From Octopus sinensis (taxonomy: Eukaryota): 64,000 nucleotides of DNA. Below the pieces are notes generated by a model. That model saw only the letters and a list, made by a program, of their open reading frames with translations, was not told the origin of the DNA and did not search any database. Positions within the stretch are counted from its first letter, which is position 1, and each line of letters starts with the position of its first letter. Below, one piece after another: positions 24,544-37,614 of this stretch. The DNA lies in contig NC_043017.1 in the NCBI RefSeq assembly GCF_006345805.1, positions 30,690,001 to 30,754,000 on the forward strand, written 5' to 3'. The position numbers were made by a program, and so were the translations under genes.

Positions 24544-24824
24544 ATCAGCAGAATTTAGATTCAAATGAATATGGTACTTAAGTCAGAGGCACCAGAATTT
24601 TGTATAGTATTATCCATATAAATCAATGGAGTGATTATAATCAAAATAAGCAACAAGTATATCTTCGGTTATTCGGTACGATCGTTTCATGCTACTACAT
24701 TTTATTAAACATTGTAACCATTACATCAGTTTGATGTAACACTTACAATGTTTAATAAAATGAAGTAGCATGAAACGATCGTACCAAATTACCGAAGATA
24801 TACTTGTTGCTTATTTTGATTATA
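24541..24824. mobile_element. Fold-back Penelope-like fragment (family P4) retaining the 3' half of an HHR
   Basis: Hairpin 24636-24824 centred at ~24729; GCAT-GAAA-CGATCG-TA in both arms; left extension; (TA)n flanks; homolog at 33721-33840. Confidence 0.7.
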
Positions 24825-24933
24825 TATATATATACGTATACATGTATAGATATATATACACACACATATGATTATATATATATACATTTATACATATGAT
24901 TATATATATATACATTTATACATATATTGCATG

Positions 24934-24998
<65 letters not shown>

Positions 24999-26335
24999 GT
25001 ATGTATACACACATACACATGTACACACACACAAATGCTTAATTATATGTGTATAGAGATAGAGGAACAAACTGGCAGGCCGAGGAGCAAGCAGATAGAA
25101 ACATTGATATTAAATTGTCTTCAACAATTAAAAATTATGTCCAGCATATTCTAATTCACTTACGATAACATTTTGCAGATATCATTGTTAAATTATTTAG
25201 AAAAATACATTTATGAATTAAGTCTGAAATCACAAATGCATGGAGAGCTGTCTTTTAGCTCTGGTTTTAAGTTTCAGATCAGAGTTACAAGATGGTCGTA
25301 CTCGTTGTTAACACTGCCGTTATTACCGCTGCACGAGATCAACGATTTCCATTTGACATTATGTAATTTCAAAGAAGTTGATATAACAATGGAATTCAAA
25401 GGCTTTCCCAAGATCGGTATCATTCGGTTGGTTAATGTTCCCCTTGAATAGTTACGACTGAGATAAAAGATGTAGGAAACATCATGGGGAAAAAATGTTT
25501 TCCAGCCGGATGACGTTCAAGAGATGAATAAATTATCGACGTGGATCGTGGGTGGCTTTAGGTATTAATACGACAGACAAATTAAATAGATATTAATGAG
25601 TCAGAAGTGGCTGATTAGTGGTGGCATCTACAACATGCCAGCGTTGTAGAGCTAAAAAAAAGAGAATGCTGTGAGACAATGTGTCTGGGAGCCAGTGTTT
25701 GTGGTGTGTAGGTAAGCGACAGATTTTCAGACATTTTTCGATGTAATTTGAGATGTGCATGTTCAGATGCAGAATAAGAAGTGAAGTGAATAGAGACGAT
25801 ATAAAATTTGATCGTTTTGTACAGAAATATAATGAAATATTTGAAGCCACTTTTGACATAAGGCCGATAAATTATCCCCTTAACCACTTGGAATATTGTT
25901 GAAATTATAATATTAATTAAATTAAGACGGGGGGAGGAGATAAGCGTGGTAGAAATTGGTTATCGTATTTGTCTTTTATATTAGATTTGGCTTCATCTCG
26001 CGAAGGATCTCTTCCAATTTAAACAAGGAATATTAAATTATTCATGAAAATACTAGAGACTAGTTCCAACAAAATAAAAGGAAAAAGAAACAATATTTGT
26101 ACTTTACAAATAAATATGAGGCACCAGAACAAAATCAGTCAAGCCCGCTAATAATACAAGTCTGAAAATGCCTCAGCACATAACAAAGTCTGCATCACAA
26201 TACTAGCGTTTATCTTTAAGGCCAGATATTATTCAGTCCCTGTCAGCCAGTTTACATTACAAAGAACAAGTGAGATGCACAAAGAATTTATTTCTTCTGC
26301 ATCTGAAAAGGGGGCTGTTATTACAAATAGAGACA

Positions 26336-26733
26336 TCTTTATATATAAAAGTGAGGTTGTGTGCTGTCTGTCTCCTACGATTTAGATTCCTAACTACTCC
26401 CACATTTTGCGGTGCAGTTTAACCAAAACCGGGTATCTTATAGTCGTGATTCATAACGAGCCCTTCTGGGTATTAGCGCGCGTCTACGATGAGTCTACGA
26501 TTTAAAAAAAAAATTACCATCAATCTTTTCCATTTTTAATGCATTTTTGGCATATATAAGGGAAGTAACTCTCGAAAAATTTATTATTAAATCTCAGAAC
26601 GTAAAAAGCTACAGTAACACCCCCCCCCTTTGTGATTAGCCATATTGGGATGGCTATTATACTTTACATCTCTAAAAATATTTATAAAGTTATTTCCCTT
26701 ACAAACCCGAGCAACGCCGGGCGATACTGCTAG
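26336..26733 (+). mobile_element. Non-autonomous Helitron
   Basis: 5' TC, 3' CTAG, inserted between A and T, subterminal GC-rich hairpin CCCGAGCAACGCCGGG, no TSD; three copies. Confidence 0.85.
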
Positions 26734-28854
26734 TTAGATATATAACGAAAGTTTATTTGAATGATTGTTCCGAGGTCACTCATATGCACATGGCATGGCA
26801 TTCTGTGGTGACAGACATCCTAGCCATCATTTGACACGGCTATCTCTACTCCAATGACTCCTGCTACTAGAAACTCGCTGTTCTCATGCCTCCATCATTG
26901 ATTCACTTTGTCTGGCATTATCTAGTTAACGTTGACGCTAGTGTCACTTTCCCTCACCAAAATAATTTCATTGCTTCTCATAATATTTCTAGTGTTTCAC
27001 TTCAATGCTTAAAACTGAAGCATTAACTATGTCCATCTCATCGTTGTTAAGTGGATTGCAAAGGACGTGCGCAGAGAGAATAAGAAAGATAAAGCGGAGA
27101 TGATTGGCGCTGCACAACAGTATTGAAAAAGAGAGCAACCCACATGAAGTGCCCGGAGTCACCATTGAAATGCTGGTATAAACAACAGCAACCTAGACGA
27201 TTCCCAACATATGGCTGTTTACTGTTCTAATCAGCTTGTTGATATGTCCTGTTAGGCACTGTATGAACAAGTTCTGAAATAAAATGTCTCCCTTTTACTT
27301 TGGGGCATTGTACATCGGAGAACAACTGAAATATTTCCGTTCAGTTGTTGTTGGTATTTAGATTTTATATAATCCCTATTCGAGTCTATCTATGACTAAA
27401 AGCATTACAATTGTGAGAATATTATGTTATATTTAGGAATAATATAGAATTACATTACAGGATTTAACCTTACCTTTTATTAACAAGAGAAAATAATATA
27501 AAAGAGATTGCACTCTTATATGCAACATATCTAGCAAAAGCATAAAAAGTCTCTTGTCATCTCGTCTCTCCATATGCAGCGAAATTTAGTCACAAGGCAG
27601 TCACATCTTTAAGACAACAAAACAATTGTTACTGCTTATATCAAGGAGTCATTTCTCCAGGAAGAGAAATGGTTGAGATACGGAAGAGTTAATTAATGAA
27701 TAATGCTTCACCAATGACATGACACAAGCTTTTCACCTTTCAGTTGATTTACCAATAACAAATCGATTCCCATAATCGCACTCTTCCTCGCTTCCACAGA
27801 ACTAAGTACCTAACTACAACTCAATGTGAAAAGTTATTTATCCTGATACTAAATCATCATTATTGAGAGACAGATTTCCTCAGCTTTTCAAAATGATTTT
27901 CACTTTCTGCGTTAGATGTTAGTGGAATTATTTTTACTTGATTGTTAATTAACTTTCAATGAAAATAAAATACATAAATTTTTTAAAAAAGGCAAGTCCA
28001 CATTACTAGGTTTACCAATGTCATTTGATCTCAGAAATAATTGCTTCATGTTTCATTTTTCTGTATTGGAAAATATTTATGGTCTTCTTTTCGATAATTT
28101 TTTTCTCTCTCTCAACTTAATGTTCCACATATAATTTTTCATATTTCATTATTATTATTATTTTTCTAATTAGAAATAATAAATGACTGAAAATGGGAAT
28201 TGAAAAAATAAATTAATTAAAAGCCAAAATATCATAAATGCTCAAAAAATAATGATTAAATAAATTAAAACTAAAAGTGAAATACTAAATTGGAAAACAG
28301 TGAGATAATATTAGTGAGACTTGTGATTTCATTCACTTTGACATGGTTATCTGACAGTTAAATTTTATCAGAATTATATTAATTTCGTTGCGCAAGGCAC
28401 AAAGGTGCTGGTGCATCAGGTGGAGGAAATGTAGCTTATGGAATGAATTGCCCCTGATTCCTAGAGAAAGAAAGACCATGTGCAATATCACTATCAAAAT
28501 CAACTTGTCCAGGTGAAAAATCAACCGTGTACTTAAACGTAGAACTAATCTTCTGGTGACGCTCCTGTTGCAGTAAATATATTTAGGTTGGCCCACGGTT
28601 GACATTAGCTTAATAATCCTCATGAACCAATACAATATATCATGTATCTCTTTGTCTGTCTGTCTGTCTGTCTCTCTGCCACACACATACATACAAGCAC
28701 GCGCACATATATATACATACGCGCGCACAAATATGCACAAACAAATATACACATATGTGTGCATACCTATACATATATATATATATATATATATGTGTAT
28801 GTGTGTGTATGTATGTATATTTAAATATGTATACATAGATAAATAAATAAATGA

Positions 28855-28902
<48 letters not shown>

Positions 28903-29040
28903 TATATATACATATATATATATATATACACACGTATATGTAAATGTATGTGCATATATAAATCTATGTCTATTTTTTCAATGTGTACAAACAGCAGGGG
29001 AAAATTAATAAATATTTACCAGTGTAGCAAAAAATCACAT

Positions 29041-29430
29041 ACTCTCTTTACTCTTTGAATCTTTTACTTGTTTCAGTCATTTGACTGCGGCCATACTGGA
29101 GCACCGCCTTTTAGTCGAGCAAATCGACCCCGGGACTTATTCTTTGCAAGCCCAGTACTTATTCTATCAGTCTCTTTTGCCGAACCGCTAAGTGTCGGGG
29201 AGGTAAACACACCAGCATCGGTTGTGAAGCAATGCTAGTGGGACAAGCACAGACACACAAACACACATACACACACATATATATATATACATATATACGA
29301 CGGGCTTCTTTCAGTTTCCGTCTACCAAATCCACTCACAATGCATTGGTCGGCCCGGGGCTATAGCTGAAGACACTTGCCCATGTGGATGGTTAGCAAGC
29401 TACGTACCACACAGCCACTCCTGCACCTAG
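29041..29430 (-). mobile_element. SINE family A
   Basis: Full-length reverse homolog. Confidence 0.85.
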
Positions 29431-29439
29431 GTACCAAAG

Positions 29440-30015
29440 ATATAACAGCTCATTTATAACGGTAGAAATTCCAGGGTAAGGAAAATGTTTTTGTATAACA
29501 TAGATAAATAAATGAATGGAGTTAATCGCAACTGTTATTCAAATATTTAAACTTCCGACATATGTTTCGAAGGAAACATTGGTATTATTCCCGAAGGAAT
29601 AAGACTATGTAAAACAATGCTATCTTCTCATCGGGAAAGAAAAGAAAGCAAACACATCAACAAGACATTTTAGCAGAATGCGATGGCTGCGTATATGATG
29701 AAGAGAACGCTGGCACGTTATGTTTTAAAATAGACCCTTAATAGATATAATGTCAAAGGCAATTTATAGATAGAGAAGGAGGATAAAAAAAGAAATTAGC
29801 AGAAAATTAACAGTGGAGAAATATAGGACGATAGGTGAAGAACAATAAATTTTAAAGGTATGGAAATAAATATATTTAGTGAATATGAAATGTAAGAAAA
29901 TAGTTAAAGTTCGAGTTCTATATATTGATAGAAATTATTTATACGAACTAAAAGTATGTTTTTGCCAATGCTTGCAACGATAAACACATTTTTTAAACGT
30001 GATTCACATTCGCCG
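29440..30015 (-). mobile_element. Penelope-like element 3' end (family P2): ORF C-terminus plus pLTR with HHR
   Basis: Minus strand reads ...YRCKHWQKHTFSSYK* (~29937-29985), resembling the PLE C-terminal LNxRxE-CRH-K motif, followed downstream by the HHR. Confidence 0.6.
29553..29638 (-). ncRNA. Type-I hammerhead motif (U4C core)
   Basis: TTTC-CCGATGA-GAAG...CTTC-GAAA-CATATG-TC-GGAA; stem II region contains TTATTCC-TTCG-GGAATAA hairpin. Confidence 0.72.
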
Positions 30016-30111
30016 CAAAACTTGAATATACATATGAGTTATATATGTATATACACAAACACACCATCATGGCTGTCAAGCACATCTACAAATGCAGATA
30101 TATAAACGTAT

Positions 30112-30151
<40 letters not shown>

Positions 30152-30283
30152 GAAGGAAGGAGACATCTACAACAGGTAATGTCTTACACTCGTATATATT
30201 CTATCATTCGTACACATGTATATATGCACGCATATATATCTATCTATCTATCTATCTTTATATATATATATATATATATATAT

Positions 30284-30348
<65 letters not shown>

Positions 30349-30949
30349 GACACATAAATATAGTAGGAATTTTAGTTATCCTGATGAATTCTCTTTGAAT
30401 GATTAGTTTAGGCTTGTGTTTGTGATTACCTATCACAAGGTTTTAGGTTTGTTCTTGTGATTTACTATCATAATTACCCCTATATTTTTGTTGGCTATTA
30501 CTTATATAATAGAAGAGCCTTGTCAATTACTTTTCTTCTATCCAGTCTTGTATAATGATGTGTAATACAGTGCATATTCGAATATACAGTGAAATGAACG
30601 AACGTCTAATCCTATATAAAGCTGTCTTCTAGCATAGGAATTAGGCGCACAATTTCTTGCCTAATTTTTGGTATAATTGGCCAGGAATACATAACTCTCT
30701 ATTAACAATTTTTTTTCTGAATTCTTCTAAATTTATTTAGGAAACTTTTGCACTGGCAATCTCATAAACGGTTATTTGCAATGTACAGAGGAAAACGAAG
30801 TGTTATGAGACATTTGTTATACCTAATCCCGTTTGCATATACGGTGAGAGATGTCGATAAGGATGTTCGGGATTTTAGCATTTAGTAATAAGTTGTTTGT
30901 TTCCGTTTAAGGCTTGAGTTGTACATTAGACGCTTCGTTTTATTAAATA

Positions 30950-31347
30950 CTAGCAGTATCACCCGGCGTTGCTCGGGTTTGTAAGGGAAATAACTATATA
31001 AGCATTTCTAGAGAGTTATAGGCAAAAAATAGCAATAAAATGCATTAAAAATGGGAACAAAATGATGGTAAATTTTTTTTAAATCGTTGACTCATCGTAG
31101 ACATTTTTAGAGAGTTACTTCCCTTATATAATAGCGACAAAATGCATTAAAAAATGGGAAAAAATGATGATAATTTTTTTTTAAATCGTAGCCTCATCGT
31201 AGACGCGCGCTAATACCCAGAAGGGCTCGATATGAATCACGACTATAAGATACCCGCTTTTGGTTACACTGCACCGCAAAATGTGGGAGTAGTTAGGAAT
31301 CTAAATCGTAGGAGATAGACACACAACTTCACTTTTATATATAAAGA
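30950..31347 (-). mobile_element. Non-autonomous Helitron, variant with an internal tandem duplication
   Basis: Same termini as 26336-26733, A|T insertion site; ~100-bp unit repeated within ~31000-31205. Confidence 0.85.
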
Positions 31348-31699
31348 TTTTGCATAACATTTACACCGGTTTTATACCTAGAACATATTCGCTATAATAC
31401 ATTTTATCTCTAATTTGTGTATTTTTAGATAGGTTGACGTAATTTTCTCTATAATCATCAAAAGCTATGATCAATAACTATTGTCAATACGTATTTGCGG
31501 CAGGCAACCGTACGTAAACAGAAAACAAGCAACAATTGAGGACTGGAAATTAAGATTCAGCTATCAAATAAGAGCTGCAATATATATGATTCTAAATTTT
31601 AGATAAGCTATATGTACGTATGATAAACGGCAAATAGCTCAATAATTTCCATCTCTCATTTTCCTTGGAATGATGTTGGCAAATGTATCTTTTATCTTT

Positions 31700-31882
31700 A
31701 AATTGTTTCAGTCAAGTTTCACATCGGCCATGCTGATCATTTAGTCGAACTCATTGACTCGGATATTTATTTTTAAAGCGTGGTATTTACTCTATCGGTG
31801 ACGTTTGCTGAACCACTAACTTACGTTGATGTAAACACACCACCCCAGGTTATGGAGCAGATAGGATGACAAACACTAATAG

Positions 31883-31939
<57 letters not shown>

Positions 31940-31965
31940 CGGGCTTCTTTCAGTGTCCGCCTATA
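31700..31965 (-). mobile_element. Degenerate SINE family A
   Basis: Diverged reverse homology to the family A tail and middle. Confidence 0.6.
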
Positions 31966-31997
31966 TATTTATACGTATATAAATATCTCTATATATT

Positions 31998-32034
<37 letters not shown>

Positions 32035-32039
<5 letters not shown>

Positions 32040-32376
32040 TGCAGCGTGGAAGGTGTGTATAAGCCATTTAAAAAACACACAAAACCGTTAGATTCACTTC
32101 AGCATTTAAATTTAATTTGTCAAAATATTTTGGTCGCTTTGAGACCGCGACCTGTTCATTGACAATTCTTCGAGATGCAGCACGAAGATTTCTCAGTGAA
32201 CAGGTTGCAGTTACAAAGCGACGAAAATATTTTGACAAATTAAATTTAAATGCTGAAGTGAATCTAACGGTTTTGTGTGTTTTTTAAATGGCTTATACAC
32301 ACCTTCCACTCTGCAATTGTTTTCGTTCCAGTACACGATCGCAGATCAAGTCACTCGCTATGTAAGTATATCTCCG

Positions 32377-32380
<4 letters not shown>
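32035..32380 (+). mobile_element. Fold-back Penelope-like element (family P5)
   Basis: Hairpin 32035-32320 with ~130-bp arms, right extension to ~32380, (TA)n flanks. Confidence 0.72.
32188..32240 (+). ncRNA. Hammerhead motif with swapped G3-C8 core
   Basis: TCTCA-GTGAACA-G-GTTGC-AGTTACAAA-GCGAC-GAAA-ATAT-TT-TGACA; the mirror copy supplies a perfect stem I TTGTCA/TGACAA and stem II GTCGC/GCGAC. Confidence 0.6.
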
Positions 32381-32414
<34 letters not shown>

Positions 32415-33214
32415 TTACACGACAAACTATAATATATGAACAATTCTGTAATGTGCCAGAATGTATTTATCGAACATAAATAGCAATCAGCTTTAACATA
32501 ATGATTTATAGATAAATATGAACGCATAAAAGACCTTTCAAAATTATGATCATTCATACAGTTAAACCATATTTTTGCCACGCCTTGTTTTCTCTCCTAC
32601 ATACTTTATTCATACGCTTACGCTATTTATTAAACAAAGACACGCATTGCTCACTGAAATTGTCATATCGTGACAATTTTTAAACAATTTTTTTGTTCAA
32701 TATTCACGATGTATTTTTGTTTCACCCACTCTATTGCTAATTCTCTATCTATCTATGTCTTGCTTTTACATTCGTTCTCTCTGCTCTCTTTCTTTATCTT
32801 CTTCGTCTTTTATTTATTTACAAATTTCGTATATTTGCGAAATTGTAGCACATGCCGCTTATATAGAATTCCATATTATATTAGTGTTCAAACAATTTCT
32901 TGTCCAATTCTTATCGAGGTAAATTGTATTTTCATCTCCATATTCCTTTATCATTCACATCAGTTATTTATAAAGTCACTGCTGTGTAGAAGTCCGACAC
33001 ATGCTGCTAACATAGAATTCTATAATAAGACATATTTTAAGCAATTTCGTGCTTAAAACTCTTTCTTGGCTCATTTGTTTATTTATTACCTATCTCTTTC
33101 TTTCATTCATTGCGTGAATATGTACTTCTGTATGTACAAACGTGTGTATGTATATATACATGTATACACACTGGTTTTAGATGTTTATATATATACATAC
33201 ATACATACACACAC

Positions 33215-33263
<49 letters not shown>

Positions 33264-33308
33264 ACACACACCACATATATATATATATATATATACGTAC
33301 ATACATAT

Positions 33309-33364
<56 letters not shown>

Positions 33365-33624
33365 TATATATACATAACTATATATACATAGATACATATA
33401 TATATACATAGCTATATATACGTATATGTACGCTGTTCGTAACACTACAGAAAGTATCGAGTAATACAGATTCCTCTCATCAGACTTTTCGAAGTTTTCT
33501 CTGGGAATCTAATGAATCGAATCTATCTTGCACCCAAGAAAATATATGTAATCTAGGGTCGAATCAAACTGATATGGAATACATGTAACACGCATATATG
33601 AATAATTCAACACACACACACACA

Positions 33625-33700
<76 letters not shown>

Positions 33701-33755
33701 TATATATATAATATATATATATCACAATAAGCAACAAGGATATCCAAGACGTAAT

Positions 33756-33840
33756 GCAGTGCGATCGTTTCATGCAACTCCATTTAATTGAACAATGCAA
33801 TCATTACATCAACTTAAAATGTAAAGCAACCTTCAGCTGC
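33756..33840 (-). ncRNA. Degenerate hammerhead motif (family P4)
   Basis: GCAG-CTGAAGG-TTGC...GCAT-GAAA-CGATCG-CA-CTGC; perfect stem I; A9G and U16.1C lesions. Confidence 0.6.
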
Positions 33841-34068
33841 ACAAAGACATCGAATTTAATTAATTTAGAACAGATGGACACAATAGTATAATTTTACCTA
33901 AAATATTCAAGAAGTTAAGGAGATAGATAAAGAACATGCTGTCTCTACTCCAGCATAGAATTTACTAAAATTATCGAGAAGACTCAAAAACACAGCCCGG
34001 TCCAGGAATCGAACTCACTTCATCATGATTGAGTAACCGATACTGTAATCACTGTTATATATATATAT

Positions 34069-34296
34069 AAGGCGGCGAGCTAGCAGAAACGTTAGCGCGC
34101 CGGGCGAAATGCTTAGCGGTATTTCGTCTGTCGTTATGATCTGAGTTCAAATTCCACCGAGGTCGACTTTGCCTTTCATCCTTTCAGGGTCGATAAATAA
34201 AGTACCAGTTTCGCACTGGGGTTGATGTAATCGACTTAATCCCTTTGTCTGTCCTTGTTTGTCCTCTCTATGTTTAGCCCCTTGTGGGTAGTAAAG

Positions 34297-34301
<5 letters not shown>
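34069..34301 (+). mobile_element. SINE family B inserted in (TA)n
   Basis: Full-length homolog; TA repeats on both sides. Confidence 0.85.
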
Positions 34302-34335
<34 letters not shown>

Positions 34336-35044
34336 CACATCAAGTAGCATTTCTCCAACATGTAGGAAGTAAGTATACAATTATATGAAGCTAACAGTGA
34401 AAGGCTTTCTTGATCATTTATATAAGTTGCTGGCTTTTGTATAAAACTGATAAATATCATTACTATCATTAAATGCTTGAAATTCTTCAGTTCTATATTT
34501 CTTTGAAACACGAATATCTTCTGTTTCAACCACCTTTTATTTTATGTTGAAAATAGTTCATTCTTCCGAAGAACAACGTAAACTTAAATTTCTTCATAAT
34601 CGTTTCCTTCGTGAGACAAATGTCTGGCAAAACTGGTCTTCTGAACTGCAGGTATTATCCAACTGACAATCTTCTGAACGCCTTCCGTCAACGTAATTTT
34701 ACTCACAATATGTGGATTAGCCTGAGCATATGATAAAAATAATCTGTCTAAGAATACTAATTCAGATCAAAACAAAATCTTCGTAATTTTTAAGTGATTT
34801 CAGCATTCGGTTATGATTCGACCCTTATCTTTTCCATGTTAAGTGAATTAACTCACATTCAATACATTAAAGTATCTTCTTGTATAAAAATGATAGATCT
34901 TTTCTTAATGTATACTGATAAATTGTATCTGTCGGATACCCGTTAACGAGATAATTAGCCTGGAAAAGCATTATTTCGTAACTATTATATGACCAGGCAA
35001 AATTATATACACGTATGTGTGTTTGTGTAAGATACATATATGTG

Positions 35045-35103
<59 letters not shown>

Positions 35104-35150
35104 ATTATTTTATTATTATTATTTTATTATTATTATTATTATTATTATTA

Positions 35151-35188
<38 letters not shown>

Positions 35189-35319
35189 TATTATTATTAT
35201 TTGAGGGAATAAAATCCCTCAAATACTTTTAACTTTTCTATTATATGTAATTTGCTAGATTGTGTAATTTAATTATTCATTTTGAATTGATAAAAGGTGC
35301 TTTTTTTCTAATTTTATAT

Positions 35320-35357
<38 letters not shown>

Positions 35358-36469
35358 CAAACACACATATGTATACACGCACATGTATGTATTTAGTATA
35401 TGTTGATGTATATATGGTTCAGTGTAAACTGTGTTTGGGCAATATAAATAACATATATACCTTTGTTTTCTGGTTTCTTATGAATCAAGGCACATCAAAT
35501 TCTAGTACCCCAAAATGGCTAGGTATAATAACAATAACGCCACGTATTTTCTTTTCAAATCATAAGTCTATGTGTGTGTGTGTGTGTGTGTGTTGTGTGT
35601 GTGTGTGTGTGTTTGCGTGTGTGTGTGTGTGCATGTGTTACTAATTCACAAAAAGAAAATACACTTCAGCGAGTTTAATTTCCTACTCTAAAGAATATGA
35701 GATGACTAAACATGACGCTTGCAATGTAAATATCTTGTATTAGGAAAGCAAAGCAAATGCATACAGTCCCATAAAAGTATAGTAAAAAAGAGATCTACGT
35801 ATATGTATATTCCTGAGCTGAGTGACTGTTTGACCTATTCTTTCAGTGCTAAATATTTCCTGTATAATGCCAGGGAAGAACTCTAAACTAGCTATGAATA
35901 ATGCAATTGGTAAAACGCTTTGGCGGAAGAAAAGGTGAAACTAGAAGAAAAATATATCACGCATTTTCCTTTCATTCGACTTCAAGAAGAGAAAAAATTA
36001 CAAGGCGACAACTTAGGAGCGAGAGTTTGTGACATACAAGAAAGAAATAAAATACTATACAGAAATAGGATGAGAGGAATCTATGATAATTTGAGAACAG
36101 AACATTTCCGACGACAACACCGAAGCCAATAAGTATTGGATGACGATTTAATTTAATAGATAATATGAAGTAGATTATCTGTGACGCATGTATTATCATA
36201 GACCTAAAGAAGCAACATTTTCATAACTTATAATGTATATATGTAGACGCGTGGCCAAGTGGCTAGTGTGTTGCTCTCATGATGGTAACGTTGTAATTTC
36301 GTTTCCCACACAAGCCGTACGTTGTGTTCTTGCGCAAAACACTTAATTTTACTTGCTCTCCAACACTCAATTGTAAATGTGTTGCCCTACGGAGGACAGG
36401 CGTTCCATTCAGGACATCGTTGACCGATCCGCCTAAAACTGTAATAGTGCTCGTAATAGTGGTCTTTGT

Positions 36470-36516
36470 CTTCGTCGTCGTTGTAGTAGTAGTAGTAGTT
36501 GTGGTGTTGGTGGTGC

Positions 36517-36551
<35 letters not shown>

Positions 36552-36631
36552 ATGATGGTGGTGGTGTGGTTTTGGTCGTTTGGGTGGTGCTGGTAGTGGC
36601 GCTGGTCGTGCTGGTCGTGGTGGTGGTGGTC

Positions 36632-36684
<53 letters not shown>

Positions 36685-36830
36685 CATGGTCGTGGTCGTA
36701 GTAGTAGTAGTTGTAGTAGTAGTAGTAGTTGTAGTAATAGTAGTTGTTGTAGTAGTAGTAGTGATATTTGTGGTGGTGGTGGTCGTCGTCGTGGTAATTG
36801 TAGTAGTAGTTGTAGTAGTAGTAGTAGTAT
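36470..36830. repeat. (GTA/GTG/GTC)n trinucleotide tract
   Basis: Direct inspection. Confidence 0.95.
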
Positions 36831-37068
36831 AGTCTTGGTGATTGGTGAGGAGTTTATAACAGCTTTGCAAGGCTATTAACTGAGGCGGGGAATGCTGTAG
36901 AGGTTTGGGAGGTGGTTTCAGCGGTAGTTGTTATCATCGTAACAGTTATAATGCTAGCTGTAATGAACTAGAGATGATTGTAGTTGTAGATATTGAAGTG
37001 AGTGTTGAGATAGTATTGGTTGATGGTGGTTGAGCTGCAAGTTGCAGTTGTGATATTTGTTCAGTCTC

Positions 37069-37355
37069 GAGCAATGACTGGCTCATTAGGGCCGGTTTCC
37101 CGGTTTCCTTGGCGTATAGGTTCCACACTTGGACTGGACACCATTCCGTCACAGGTGAGCTGCAAGAGGCAGGAGGAAAGAGTGAGAGAAAGTTGTGGTG
37201 AAAATGTCAGCAGAAATTCGCCATTACCTTCTGCCGGAGCCGCCTGGAGCTTAGGTGTTTCGCTCATAGACACACTTATCGCTCGGTCTGAGATTCGAAC
37301 ACGCGATCCCTCGACCGTGAGTCCGCTGCTCTAACCACTAGGCCATGTGCCACCA
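37069..37355 (-). mobile_element. tRNA-derived SINE family D
   Basis: Reverse tRNA-like head TGGCCTAGTGGTTAGAGCAGCGGACTC; homologs at 49352, 52755 and 63918. Confidence 0.8.
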
Positions 37356-37614
37356 CGTTGTGGTAGTTAGGATGGCATAAATGACATAAAAAATTGCTAC
37401 AAAGTGAAAAATCGCATTGTTACGAGCGGTGCTTAACAACAACCGAAAGTCTATTCAATACAACGACACAAGGTGGGTTATAGCGCCACTTTCACCACAG
37501 CAAGAACAGCAAAAAATTGTAAAATTGTTTTTGCTAAATATTGGGTAAAATAAAAATCCCTGCACACGGAAGAACACCACTACCATCAATGCAGTCAGCG
37601 TCCCGAAAGTCCAT

